Positions 8,995 to 18,624 of a stretch of 64,000 bases of DNA are shown here, one piece after another. The stretch is taken from positions 43,374 through 107,373 of the forward strand of contig CAZKFD010000011.1 of assembly GCA_964551995.1 (NCBI GenBank). The letters run 5' to 3'. This DNA is from an uncultured Eubacteriales bacterium. Lineage in GTDB: Bacteria; Acidobacteriota; Aminicenantia; Aminicenantales; Saccharicenantaceae. The notes under the pieces are model-generated. The model ran no database searches and was not told the origin of the DNA. It worked only from the letters and a program-made list of their open reading frames with translations. Position numbers and translations under genes: made by a program. Numbering within the stretch: position 1 is the stretch's first letter; the number at the start of each line of letters is the position of its first letter.

Positions 8995-11511
8995 ATGAAC
9001 CGCCGCTCAAGGGCCGGGATCGTCGTCTTCGCTTTGGTGCTTCTGTTTTCCCAGAGCTGCGTCCGGCGGGCGCCGAAAGCCGATTACCCTGTGAAGCCGG
9101 TGCCCTTCACGGACGTCCATCTCACCGATTCATTCTGGGCGCCGCGGCTCGAGACGAACCGGACGGTTACGATCCCCCATATCCTCAAGGAGGAAGAGGA
9201 CACCGGCCGGGTCAGGAATTTCGACCTGGCTCGGGAAGCGATTGCGGGCGAAACGAGCCTCAAGTTCTGCACGAGCTATCCGTTCGACGATTCCGACGTC
9301 TACAAGACGATCGAAGCTGCGTCCTACGCGATGGCTGTCCGCCCGGACCCCGGGCTCGACAAGTTTGTCGACGGGCTCATCGCCAAGATCGCCGCGGCCC
9401 AGGAGAAGGACGGATACCTCTACACCATCCGGACGATCGGCGGCCCCCCGCCCGTCGATTGGATGGGGAAGGAGCGGTGGTCTCACCTCTACATGAGCCA
9501 CGAGCTGTATAACCTTGGGCACCTCTTTGAGGCCGCCGTCGCGCACTACGAGGCCACGGGGAAAAAGACCCTCCTCGACGTCGCCCTGAAGAGCGCCGAT
9601 CTTGTCTGCCGGGAATTCGGTCCCGGCAAGCAGACAAACCCGCCGGGCCACGAAGAGATCGAGATCGGCCTGGTCAAGCTCTACCGGGCTACGGGGAGGA
9701 CCAAGTACCTCGACATGGCCCGTTTCTTCATCGACGCGCGGGGCAAGACCGAAGGCCGGGTCCCGTACCGCGGCAACAACGGCGAGCCGCTTCTCCTGTA
9801 CGGCGAGTATTCTCAGGACCACAAGCCCTTCGTCGAGCAGGACACGGCCGTCGGGCACGCCGTCCGAGCCGGGTACCTTTATGCGGGCGCGGCCGACGTC
9901 GCGGCCCTCACGGGGGACCGGGACTACGTCGTCGCCCTCGACAAGATCTGGGACGATGTCGTCGGCGCGAAGATCTACCTGACCGGCGGCATCGGGGCGG
10001 CGGGAGCCTGGGAGGGCTACGGCCCCCCTTATCGCCTCCCCAACGCCACGGCCTACGCCGAGACCTGCGCCAATATCGCCACGTTCCTCTGGAACTCGCG
10101 AATGTTCCGGCTGGAGGAGGACGCGAAGTACGTCGATGTCATGGAGCGCATCCTCTATAACGGCATCCTCTCCGGGCTCTCGCTCTCCGGCGACCGCTTC
10201 TTTTATTCGAATCCGTTGGCCTCTTTCGGCCAGCACGAGCGCGTGCCCTGGTTCGGCTGCGCTTGCTGCCCGCCGAACGCAGCCCGGATCCTGGCCTCCG
10301 TGCCCGGCTACGTCTATGCCGCGGATGCGGGCAAGGTCTATGTAAACCTCTTCGCTCAGGGGACGGCGCAGATCGCCGCCGGCGGGACGAGAGTCGAAAT
10401 CGCGCAGTCCACCGAATACCCGTGGAAGGGGAATATTCGTATCGACGTCCGGCCGGCGAAGCCGGTCGCGTTCGCCCTATGCGTCCGCATCCCCGGCTGG
10501 TCCCTTGGACGGCCCATCCCCTACGATCTCTACCGGTACGCGGACGAAAGCGCCGGTCTGGCGGGGGGAGAGAAGGGTCAGGGCGGGGAGACCGTCCCGG
10601 CGCCCGTCCTGAAGGAGATCGAAATGCCCATGGTCAAGGTCGACGGCCAGGCGGTCGACCTCAACCTCGATAAGGGATACGTCGTCCTGCGCCGGACCTG
10701 GCAGGCGGGCGATACCGTTGAGGTCAGTCTTCCGATGCCCGTCCGCCGCGTGGCGGCCAACGATAAGGTCGAGGCCGACCGCGGGCGGATCGCCGTCGAG
10801 CGCGGGCCGCTCGTCTACTGCGCGGAGGCCGTGGACAACGGCGGCCGCGTCTCGAACTTCGTCCTTCCTGACGGCGTTCCGCTCGCCGCCGCGATGCGTC
10901 CCGACCTTCTGGGCGGGGTCGTCTCGATCACGGGCGAGGCCGAAGCCCTGAGCGAGAAGGGCGGAGGGATCACCGCCGAAAAAAAGGCCGTCACCCTGAT
11001 TCCGTACTACGCCTGGGCCAACCGCGGGAAAGGGGAGATGGAGGTCTGGATCGCCCGCGAGCCCGCCAAAGCTCGGGTTGCGGCGGAGCCCGGGCTCGCC
11101 GCCCGGGCGATTGTCACCGCCTCCGAAGGAGCCAAAGGCATCAAGGGCGTCAACGACCAATATGAACCGGAAGCGTCCGACGACCCCGTCGGCTATATGC
11201 ACTGGTGGCCGAAGAAAGGCACGACGGAATGGGTCGAGTACGCCTTCCCGGAGCCCGTCCGCGTATCCCGGACGGCGGTCTACTGGTTTGACGACACGGG
11301 CGGCGGCGAATGCCGCGTGCCCGCGTCCTGGCGACTGCTCTACAAATCCGGCGGCAAATGGCTGCCCGTCGCCAACGCCCGTCCTTACGGGGTGGCCAAA
11401 GATGCCTGGAACACGGTGACCTTCGCCCCGGTCAGGACGACCGCCCTCCGGCTCGAAGTCGAGATGCAGAAAGAATGGTCCGCCGGCATCCATGAGTGGA
11501 AGCTCAGATAA
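8995..11511 (+). CDS. GH127 beta-L-arabinofuranosidase (DUF1680, HypBA1-like), secreted/lipoprotein
   Basis: MNRRSRAGIVVFALVLLFSQSC is a signal peptide. The conserved Cys-rich active-site motif WFGCACCPPN is present, along with GH127 N-terminal blocks (YPVKPVPFTDVHLTDSFW, SHELYNLGHLFEAA). GAGGAAG RBS. Confidence 0.9.
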   Translation: MNRRSRAGIVVFALVLLFSQSCVRRAPKADYPVKPVPFTDVHLTDSFWAPRLETNRTVTIPHILKEEEDTGRVRNFDLAREAIAGETSLKFCTSYPFDDSDVYKTIEAASYAMAVRPDPGLDKFVDGLIAKIAAAQEKDGYLYTIRTIGGPPPVDWMGKERWSHLYMSHELYNLGHLFEAAVAHYEATGKKTLLDVALKSADLVCREFGPGKQTNPPGHEEIEIGLVKLYRATGRTKYLDMARFFIDARGKTEGRVPYRGNNGEPLLLYGEYSQDHKPFVEQDTAVGHAVRAGYLYAGAADVAALTGDRDYVVALDKIWDDVVGAKIYLTGGIGAAGAWEGYGPPYRLPNATAYAETCANIATFLWNSRMFRLEEDAKYVDVMERILYNGILSGLSLSGDRFFYSNPLASFGQHERVPWFGCACCPPNAARILASVPGYVYAADAGKVYVNLFAQGTAQIAAGGTRVEIAQSTEYPWKGNIRIDVRPAKPVAFALCVRIPGWSLGRPIPYDLYRYADESAGLAGGEKGQGGETVPAPVLKEIEMPMVKVDGQAVDLNLDKGYVVLRRTWQAGDTVEVSLPMPVRRVAANDKVEADRGRIAVERGPLVYCAEAVDNGGRVSNFVLPDGVPLAAAMRPDLLGGVVSITGEAEALSEKGGGITAEKKAVTLIPYYAWANRGKGEMEVWIAREPAKARVAAEPGLAARAIVTASEGAKGIKGVNDQYEPEASDDPVGYMHWWPKKGTTEWVEYAFPEPVRVSRTAVYWFDDTGGGECRVPASWRLLYKSGGKWLPVANARPYGVAKDAWNTVTFAPVRTTALRLEVEMQKEWSAGIHEWKLR

Positions 11512-11516
11512 CCCGG

Positions 11517-12113
11517 CTAGACGTCCTGGAAGTAATGGCCGTCGCGGAAAAGTCTGAAGAAGCATCTGGCGCAGGCCTCGAGATCGTTCGCGGCGTCGTG
11601 AGCCCCCTCATAAGCGCGGCCGAAAAGGCACATATGGAGTTCCTCGAGGCTAGGCCATTTCAGGCCGAATCCCCCGGGTCTCGGCAGGCGGCAGATGCCA
11701 GTCGTCGTCTTCATCGTGCAGATCCCCGGCCGTTCGATGCAATCCAGCGGTCTGTCCAGACGAACGAGCTCGGCGGCGATGACGCCGCGATCGTAGTCGA
11801 GGTTGTGGGCGACGAGGACGATGTCCCCGCTCGCCGCCGCGCCCTCGAACTCGATCAGAACCTCCGCCAGGTCCCGTCCGACCCGGCGGGCCCGGGTGTG
11901 CGAGATCCCATGGATCGCCGTCGCCTCCGCCGGGATCCTGAACCCATCGGGGCGGACAATCCGGCAGCGCGTCTGTTCGGCGTGCCCCTTGGCGTCATAG
12001 ACGGCCCAGGCGACCTGGACGAGTCGGGGCCATGCGGAAACGTCTTCGACCGAGAAATAGCGGTGGCGCGGCAGCCCCGTCGTCTCGCAGTCGAAAAGCA
12101 GGAACCTGTTCAT
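11517..12113 (-). CDS. DnaQ-like 3'-5' exonuclease (DEDDh family)
   Basis: MNRFLLFDCETTGLP (Exo I motif), HNLDYDRGV (Exo II-like) and GAHDAANDLEA (Exo III-like). 198 aa. Confidence 0.85.
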   Translation of the reverse strand: MNRFLLFDCETTGLPRHRYFSVEDVSAWPRLVQVAWAVYDAKGHAEQTRCRIVRPDGFRIPAEATAIHGISHTRARRVGRDLAEVLIEFEGAAASGDIVLVAHNLDYDRGVIAAELVRLDRPLDCIERPGICTMKTTTGICRLPRPGGFGLKWPSLEELHMCLFGRAYEGAHDAANDLEACARCFFRLFRDGHYFQDV

Positions 12114-12393
12114 TTGCCCGTGCTTATGCGCGCCCGGGAGGAACGGCCCCTCCCGCCGGGGTCAAGGCTATCTCCGGCCCCGGCCCCGTGTCAAGCGCCG
12201 GCGCTCCGGTGTCAACGCAGCATGAGATTTTCCTGTTCTTAGCAACGCGAAGACTTCCTATTTTCATCGTAATCCCACAGCCACGGGCCCATGCTTCCAA
12301 GGATGGGCGGTCGAGGGACGGACTTAGGCGGCGGCCTCCGGACATTGTCCGATCGAACTCGAACAGCCGCCTTAAAAGGGGCGCCGGGGAGCG

Positions 12394-12422
12394 TTGACAG
12401 ACTCCCGGGGTCAGTGTACATT
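12394..12422 (+). promoter_or_regulatory. sigma70-like promoter for the GH51 gene
   Basis: TTGACA at 12394..12399, a 17-nt spacer, then TACATT at 12417..12422. It lies about 65 nt upstream of the ATG at 12489. Confidence 0.4.
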
Positions 12423-12488
12423 CCCCTCTGTCGGGCGGGCGTTCGGCGCCGCTTGGTGAGAGGCCCGGCACGCCCGGGAGGAGGAATC

Positions 12489-14897
12489 ATGACCGTGTCG
12501 CCCAGTCATCGTCCGCGCCACGCCGCGCTGCTTTTCGCCTGCGGACTGGCGCTTGTCCTCGGAGGCTGCAAATCCGGGCCGTCGAAGGCAGGAGACGAGC
12601 TCGCTGGCAGAACCCAATTCATCGCCAACCCGTCGTTCGAGGACATCGAGGGCGGACATCCCCGGGGATGGTCGCCGCGGACGTGGCAGGGGCAACCGGA
12701 CGCCGAATTCAAAGTCGATTCGCTCGCTCACACGGGCGCGCGTTCCGTCATGATCGCCTCCGCGAAGGGAGCCGATGCGTCGTGGGTCGAGGTCGTTCCC
12801 ATCCTGCCCTATTCCCGCTACCGTCTCAGCGGCTGGATCAGGACCGAGAACCTCGTCGCGGGCTCGGGCCGCGGGGCCCTGCTCAATGTGCACGGCGTCG
12901 AGGCCTGGCGAACTCCCGCCGTCACCGGCACCAAGGACTGGACGAAGGTCGAGGTCGAGTTTGACGCCGGCGCGAACGACGCCCTCGAGGTCACCTGCCT
13001 GTTCGGCGGCTGGGGCAAGGCAACGGGCAAGGCCTGGTTCGACGACCTCGCGCTCACCCGGCTCTCCGGGAAGGACCTCAGCCATCCGTCTGTCAGGATC
13101 GACTCCGGCAAGATCGGCGCGCTCCTGTCGAAATATATCTACGGCCAGTTCATCGAGCATCTCGGCCGCTGCATCTACCAGGGGATCTGGGCGGAAATGC
13201 TTGAGGACCGCAAGTTCTTCTGGTCCGTCGGACAGGGAGAGTCGCCCTGGAAGGCGGTGGGGGATCCGGCTCTGGTCAGGATGGACAGCGCCGCCCCGTT
13301 TACGGGGGAGCATTCGCCGCGGATCCGGCTCACGGGGAAAGCCGAGGGCGGGATCTTTCAAGGCTCCCTGGCCCTCGTCGAAGGCAAGGACTATGTCGGG
13401 CGCGTGATCCTCGCCGGCGACCGGAGCGCCGCGCCCGTCCGGGTCAGCCTCGTCTGGGGGCCCGGCGCGGACCAGAGGCAAACCATCGAGGTCAAGGGTC
13501 TCGCCTCCGGCTACAGGACCTTCCCCTTCTCGTTCCGGGCCGGAGCCTCGACCACCGACGCCAGGCTCGAGATCGTCTCCTCCGGCCGCGGTTCCTTCGC
13601 GGTCGGCACGGCCTCGATCATGCCCGCGGACAACGTTGACGGCTTCCGCCCCGATGTCCTGGCTCTCCTCAAGGAGCTTGACGCGCCCGTCTACCGCTGG
13701 CCGGGGGGGAACTTCGCCAGCGGCTATAACTGGCGCGACGGAATCGGCGACCGTGACAGGCGGCCGCCGCGCAAAAACCCCGCATGGCAGGGCGTCGAGC
13801 ACAATGACGTCGGCCTCCACGAGTTCCTCGATCTCATGCGGCTCCTCGGCGCCGAGGCGTACATCACGGTCAACAGCGGCCTGGGCGATGTCAAGATGGC
13901 CGTTGAGGAACTCCAGTACGTGAACGGCGCGGCGGACACCTCCATGGGGCGCCTCCGGGCCAAAAACGGGCACCCCGAGCCCTGGGGCGTCGAGTTCTGG
14001 TCCGTCGGCAACGAGATGTACGGGGACTGGCAGCTCGGCCACATACCGCTCGCGATGTACGTCCGGAAGCACATCCAGTTCGACGTGGCTATGAAAGCCA
14101 TGGACCCCTCGATCAAAATCACCGCCGTGGGGGCCTTGGGGAGATGGGACGAGAGGATGCTTGCCGAGGCCTCGAATCACATGGACTTCATCAGCGAACA
14201 CTTCTACGTCGGCGAAAAGCCGGGGCTTCTCAGCCACGTCAGCCAGGTCCCGGCCGAGATCCGGCGCATCGCCGAAGCCCACAGGGAATACCGCCGGACG
14301 ATCCCGACGCTCGCAAATCGCGTGATCCCGATCGCCCTCGACGAGTGGAACTACTGGTACGGGCCGGACCTCTACGGCGAGATCGGGGTGCGCTATTTTC
14401 TGAAGGACGCCCTGGGCATCGCGGCCGGGTTCAACGAGTACGCGCGGGAGAGCGACATGTTCGCCATGGCCAACTACGCCCAGACCGTCAACGTCATCGG
14501 CGCGATCAAGACGACCAAGACGGCGGCCGCGTTCGAGACGACAGGCCTGGCCCTCGATCTCTACCGGCACCACTTCGGGACGATTCCCGTCGAGGTCACG
14601 GGTGCGCCTGAGCCGCTGGATGTCATGGCCTGCTGGAAAGACGCCGCGAAGAAGGTGATGACCGTCTCGATCATCAACCCGACAAAGGCCCGGCAGACGA
14701 TCCGGCTCGATTTCGGTAAACTCGGCCTCTCGAGGACGGCGACCCTCTACCTCATCGCCGGCGACGACCCGGGGCTTTACAACGAGCCCGGCAAACCTCC
14801 GGCCGTGGTCATCCGGGAAAACGACGGCGCGCCCTTCGGCACGAAATTGACGGTCCCGCCGATCAGCGTTTCGTTGTACGAGGTGGCCGCAAGATAA
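12489..14897 (+). CDS. GH51 alpha-L-arabinofuranosidase with N-terminal carbohydrate-binding-like domain, lipoprotein
   Basis: GGAGGAGG RBS precedes MTVSPSHRPRHAALLFACGLALVLGGC (lipobox). GH51 blocks are present: PGGNFASGYNWRDGIG and WSVGNEMYG (acid/base Glu), plus C-terminal Alpha-L-AF_C-like sequence. Confidence 0.9.
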   Translation: MTVSPSHRPRHAALLFACGLALVLGGCKSGPSKAGDELAGRTQFIANPSFEDIEGGHPRGWSPRTWQGQPDAEFKVDSLAHTGARSVMIASAKGADASWVEVVPILPYSRYRLSGWIRTENLVAGSGRGALLNVHGVEAWRTPAVTGTKDWTKVEVEFDAGANDALEVTCLFGGWGKATGKAWFDDLALTRLSGKDLSHPSVRIDSGKIGALLSKYIYGQFIEHLGRCIYQGIWAEMLEDRKFFWSVGQGESPWKAVGDPALVRMDSAAPFTGEHSPRIRLTGKAEGGIFQGSLALVEGKDYVGRVILAGDRSAAPVRVSLVWGPGADQRQTIEVKGLASGYRTFPFSFRAGASTTDARLEIVSSGRGSFAVGTASIMPADNVDGFRPDVLALLKELDAPVYRWPGGNFASGYNWRDGIGDRDRRPPRKNPAWQGVEHNDVGLHEFLDLMRLLGAEAYITVNSGLGDVKMAVEELQYVNGAADTSMGRLRAKNGHPEPWGVEFWSVGNEMYGDWQLGHIPLAMYVRKHIQFDVAMKAMDPSIKITAVGALGRWDERMLAEASNHMDFISEHFYVGEKPGLLSHVSQVPAEIRRIAEAHREYRRTIPTLANRVIPIALDEWNYWYGPDLYGEIGVRYFLKDALGIAAGFNEYARESDMFAMANYAQTVNVIGAIKTTKTAAAFETTGLALDLYRHHFGTIPVEVTGAPEPLDVMACWKDAAKKVMTVSIINPTKARQTIRLDFGKLGLSRTATLYLIAGDDPGLYNEPGKPPAVVIRENDGAPFGTKLTVPPISVSLYEVAAR

Positions 14898-14934
14898 CCG
14901 TCGGGGCCGGCCAGGAGGCGAAAGAAGCCCGAAA

Positions 14935-15780
14935 ATGACCGCCGGGGAGAGATCGCCCGTCATCGACGGCCACGCCCATTCCGCCGGAGAGTTCTGCTTC
15001 GGCGAGGAGATCGTGCGGAGGCTGGACGAGCTCGGGGTCGAAAAGGTCGTCCTCTGTCCAGGTCCCGTTAATGAGCCGATCAAGTGGCCGGTCCCCAATC
15101 TGGCCAGCGTCTTCAAGTCCCGAGGCCCCGGCCTCGCCGGCAGCCGGGCGCTCCGTCTGACTGCCGGATATGTCGCCAAGCGCTTTGACTTCGCCGACAG
15201 CAACGCTTACGTGGCCGGGCTCGCCCGGCGCTTCCCCAGCCGCGTCATCCAGGCCTGCTGGGTCGACCCAGCGGACGCGGAGACGATGCGGGATCTCGGA
15301 GCGCGTCACAAAGAATGGAAATTCCGGGCGCTCAAGGTGCACCAGTGCTTCCAGCGCGTTCCTTCGGATTCCGTCCCCATGCGCGAGCTGGCCCGCTTCG
15401 CCGGTCGACGGGGCCTCGCGATCTTCATCCACCTGTATTCGAGAAGGGAGGCCGCGGGTCTCATGACTCTGGCCGCCGAGCACCCGGAAACGTCCTTCGT
15501 CGTCGCCCACCTGCTCGGGTTCGAAGTCTTCGCCGCGGCCGGGCGGGAGACGCCGGGCAACATCTCTTTCGACATCTCCCCGCCGAGCATGACTCCCCGG
15601 CAGCTGGTCATGAGGGCCGTCGCCGCGTTCGGGGCCGGCCGTCTTCTGATGGGCTCCGACACCCCGTACGGAAAAGACAACCTGAAAGAAGCCCTGGCTC
15701 TCGTCCGCGGCCTGGATATCCCGGAGGCGGACAAGCGCCTCATCCTCGGCGGGAACGCCCGCCGCGTCTATCATCTTTAG
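14935..15780 (+). CDS. amidohydrolase-2 family TIM-barrel metal-dependent hydrolase (possible sugar lactonase)
   Basis: PVIDGHAHSAGE is an N-terminal HxH metal motif. Later His/Asp residues (VAHLLGFE, LMGSDTPY) are conserved. It sits 38 nt downstream of GH51. Confidence 0.75.
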   Translation: MTAGERSPVIDGHAHSAGEFCFGEEIVRRLDELGVEKVVLCPGPVNEPIKWPVPNLASVFKSRGPGLAGSRALRLTAGYVAKRFDFADSNAYVAGLARRFPSRVIQACWVDPADAETMRDLGARHKEWKFRALKVHQCFQRVPSDSVPMRELARFAGRRGLAIFIHLYSRREAAGLMTLAAEHPETSFVVAHLLGFEVFAAAGRETPGNISFDISPPSMTPRQLVMRAVAAFGAGRLLMGSDTPYGKDNLKEALALVRGLDIPEADKRLILGGNARRVYHL

Positions 15781-15808
15781 TCCGGCCGCGCTTTCTGACC
15801 GCTTCAGA

Positions 15809-16831
15809 TCATTTGAGGGGGATCGGCCGGAATCCAGCCTTCTCTTTCAGCCGGGTCAGGAGGGCGTCGAAGGCGACGGCCTCTTTCTGTTCCTTGATCT
15901 GCGCCGCGATCTGGGCCTTGACCTCGTCGAGGGGCTTCGTCTCCTTCTTCCGGTTCTCGACTTTGATGATATGGTAGCCGTAGGCGGTCTCGACGATGCC
16001 GCTGATCCCGCCGACGGGGATGCTGAAGGCGGCGTCCTCGAACGGCTTAACCATCGTGCCCCGGGCAAAATCCTCGTAGAGGCCGCCGGTGGCCTTAGAG
16101 CCGGGGTCCTCGGAGTATTCCTTGGCCAGCGCGGCGAAGTCCTCGCCCTGTTTTGCCCGGGCCAGGATGCCTTCCATCTTCTTCCGGATCTCTGCCTTCT
16201 CCTGAGCGGATTTTCCCTGGGTCAGAAGAAGGATGTGGCGGACGGAGGCGGTCTTGTCCTCTCCGTAGACCTTCCGGATCTCCGCGTCCGTCACCCGAGC
16301 GTTTGAGGCCAGCGCTCCATCGAGGTATTTGCGGATAGTCATCGCCTCCGCCGCCCCCTTCCTGAAGGCCTCGACGCTGATCCCGTTTTCCTTTAGACTT
16401 TCCTCGACCTTAGCCTCGCCCCCCGCCTGGGCGTACTGGGCTTCGAGAGTCGCCTTGATCTCCTCCGGCGTGGCCTCTTTTTTCGCCTCGACGGCGGCGG
16501 CAAGGAGGAGCTTCCGCTCGCCGAGCTGGATTCCGAACTGCTCGATGACGGCTTTCAGGCGGTTGGCGTCAAGCCCCTTCAGCTGCTGGGCCTGGTTGCC
16601 GCTCGTCTCGAGGATGGCCTCGAGAACTTCGCCGGCCGACACGTCGAACCTCTTGGACGTGGCTATCAGTGTGACTTTATCGGGGGCGAGGGCCGGCACG
16701 GCCGCCGCCAGGTCCTTGGCCAGGGCGTAGGCGGGGGTACCCGCCGCGAGCTTCATGGGGGCCTCCTTCTTCGAAGAGCAGCCGCTGGCGGCCAAAACCA
16801 GGACCAGGCCGAGGATCGGGATTTTTTTCAT
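15809..16831 (-). CDS. peptidyl-prolyl cis-trans isomerase, PrsA/SurA-like parvulin lipoprotein
   Basis: [18 protein letters not shown] is a lipobox. The parvulin domain reads [11 protein letters not shown]...[43 protein letters not shown]. Confidence 0.85.
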   Translation of the reverse strand: MKKIPILGLVLVLAASGCSSKKEAPMKLAAGTPAYALAKDLAAAVPALAPDKVTLIATSKRFDVSAGEVLEAILETSGNQAQQLKGLDANRLKAVIEQFGIQLGERKLLLAAAVEAKKEATPEEIKATLEAQYAQAGGEAKVEESLKENGISVEAFRKGAAEAMTIRKYLDGALASNARVTDAEIRKVYGEDKTASVRHILLLTQGKSAQEKAEIRKKMEGILARAKQGEDFAALAKEYSEDPGSKATGGLYEDFARGTMVKPFEDAAFSIPVGGISGIVETAYGYHIIKVENRKKETKPLDEVKAQIAAQIKEQKEAVAFDALLTRLKEKAGFRPIPLK

Positions 16832-17105
16832 GGGCGTCTCCTTGCGTGTGAGAAAGGACCTCTACTTCATCACATTCAGGGTGAAAATTCAAAGGATATT
16901 TGGCCCCGGGGGTATGAGATTTTCTTAAGCCGCCGAGGCGAACGTGCGGCCGGGTCGCGGCTCCCGCGCCGAGGGCCGGACGGGACTCAGGACCTGCCGG
17001 ACGGCGGAATGGCCGCGGAAACCGAGGAGATGGGAGAATGGAGAACGTGAGGGCCAGACGACGCAAATCGCGATACCTGGCCGGGGCCGCGGGACGGAAG
17101 AAAAC

Positions 17106-17291
17106 CTAGGCTGCTTCCGGGTTCTCGTTTTCGGGCGTTTGACCGCCCGGTTCCTGATCCGGCCCCGGTTCGCCCTCGGGCGGCTGGTGGTGACGGGCCA
17201 GGCGTTTCAGCCTTTTTTCTTCCTGTTTCTTCAGGCGGGCCAACTCGCGGATCCTTTTCGAACTCTTATAGGCTCTGCTGCTTTTTGCCAA
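17106..17291 (-). CDS. small K/R-rich hypothetical protein (61 aa), TTG start
   Basis: GGAGGT lies 4 nt upstream of TTG. Sequence is MAKSSRAYKSSKRIRELARLKKQEEKRLKRL... followed by an acidic/Pro-rich tail. No family assigned; small-ORF caution applies. Confidence 0.3.
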   Translation of the reverse strand: MAKSSRAYKSSKRIRELARLKKQEEKRLKRLARHHQPPEGEPGPDQEPGGQTPENENPEAA

Positions 17292-17417
17292 AAGACCTCC
17301 TTCCCGTTTTTTTCATCATATCATATTCGGGCGTTCGGGGCGAGTGGGGTCGGAGAAAAGATCAGCCGGCGCTGATTCCCTTTGCTGCGGCCGCGGGCCG
17401 CCCCTTTCGTCCCCCGC

Positions 17418-18020
17418 TCAGGCCGCCCCTTTGTCCGAGGCGCCGGGCTTTGTGACGGGCAAGCCTTTCTTGCAGAACGGGCAGGCGCCGGGCTCGAAGG
17501 CCTCGACCTTGAGGGCGAGGAGGCTCCCGACGGGCTTCCCTTCGATCGGCACGGCCCCGCCGGTCCGGTCGACCAGGACATAGATCCCCTCGATTGAAGC
17601 ATGCCGCTCCTTGAGGCAGGCGACGACCTCCTGGATCGAGCCTCCGGTCGTCAGGATGTCCTCGACGATGACGGTGCGGGAGCCGTCGAGTCCGGAAAAC
17701 CCCGGGCGGATGGACATCTTCTCGTCGACGCGCTGGCTGAAGGCGAACTTCTTGCCGAGCTTCAGGGCGGCCAGAAAGCCGATGGCGATGGCCCCATAGG
17801 CTGGCGAGACGACATAGTCGAATTCGGAGACTTCGGCCTCGATCTTCTCGACGAGGAGGTCCACGATCTTTTCCAGGGACGCCGGCTTCTCGATAAGGCG
17901 GATTTTTTCGAAGTACCACTCCGAGTGCTTCCCAGAGGTCAGCCTGAAATGGCCCTGGAGAAGGGCGTCGCATTCCTTGAAGAGGCTGAGGACCAGTTGC
18001 TCGCGGGGCGTTTCGGGCAT
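17418..18020 (-). CDS. pyrE: orotate phosphoribosyltransferase
   Basis: 200 aa. PRTase motif VIVEDILTTGGS and OPRTase N-terminal region (LLQGHFRLTSGKHSEWYF). Confidence 0.9.
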   Translation of the reverse strand: MPETPREQLVLSLFKECDALLQGHFRLTSGKHSEWYFEKIRLIEKPASLEKIVDLLVEKIEAEVSEFDYVVSPAYGAIAIGFLAALKLGKKFAFSQRVDEKMSIRPGFSGLDGSRTVIVEDILTTGGSIQEVVACLKERHASIEGIYVLVDRTGGAVPIEGKPVGSLLALKVEAFEPGACPFCKKGLPVTKPGASDKGAA

Positions 18021-18180
18021 CGGACCGCTCCTTCGGAAAAGCCGGATTGGCAGACCCGATTATATCGGGATCGCGGGCCGTGGACAAGACCCCGGGCGCG
18101 GCCCCGCTTGGGGGGCGCCGGAGGCCCCTCATACCCAACAGGCCCCGAAAAGAGTAACATGGTGCGGAGAGGAAAACGGC

Positions 18181-18585
18181 ATGAACTGGGAATTCGAGGA
18201 TAACGGGCGTTGCTTCGTTTGTGGCGCGAACAACCCGGACGGGCTGAGGCTCGGCTTTAGGATAGACCGGGAGCGGGGCGAAGCGAAAGCGGAGGTCGAG
18301 TTTCCCGAGCGCTTCCAGGGGTGGGAAAGAACCGTCCATGGCGGGCTCCTGGCCACAGTCCTCGACGAGGCGATGATCTACGCCGCCGGCGCGAGGGGCT
18401 TCCGCTGTGTGACCGGAGAAATTACCATCCGCTATGTCAAGCCTTTCCGGACCGGCGCCCCGGGCACGGTCAAAGGCCGCTTTCTCGGGGACAAGGGCCG
18501 GATCGTCATGGCCGAGAGCGAGGTTGCGGACGTGAAGGGCGTCATCGCGGCCAGGGCCACGGGAAAGCTCTTCAAGCTCGCCTGA
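18181..18585 (+). CDS. hotdog-fold acyl-CoA thioesterase (PaaI/YbgC-like)
   Basis: MNWEFEDNGRCFVCGANNPDGLRL... with the HGG motif (RTVHGGLLATVLDEA). ATG is at 18181 with GGAGAGG upstream. The track's 17977 start adds 68 aa of non-coding sequence. Confidence 0.8.
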   Translation: MNWEFEDNGRCFVCGANNPDGLRLGFRIDRERGEAKAEVEFPERFQGWERTVHGGLLATVLDEAMIYAAGARGFRCVTGEITIRYVKPFRTGAPGTVKGRFLGDKGRIVMAESEVADVKGVIAARATGKLFKLA

Positions 18586-18624
18586 CCCGAACCCGGACCG
18601 CGGGCGCTTCGCGGGTCTTTCGAA

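Noticed and set aside
6170-9010. 946-aa ORF on the minus strand opposite the BNR-protein gene. Similar long antisense ORFs include 12411..15203 (-), 24436..27189 (-), 29621..32137 (-), 4273..6090 (+), 40641..42317 (-), 43229..44521 (+), 45431..46960 (+), 54275..56155 (+) and 9130..10236 (-).
   Set aside because: Their translations are low-complexity Arg/Gly/Pro/Asp-rich with no domain signatures. Each is fully antisense to a gene with strong family signatures. Long stop-free antisense frames are expected in GC-rich DNA.
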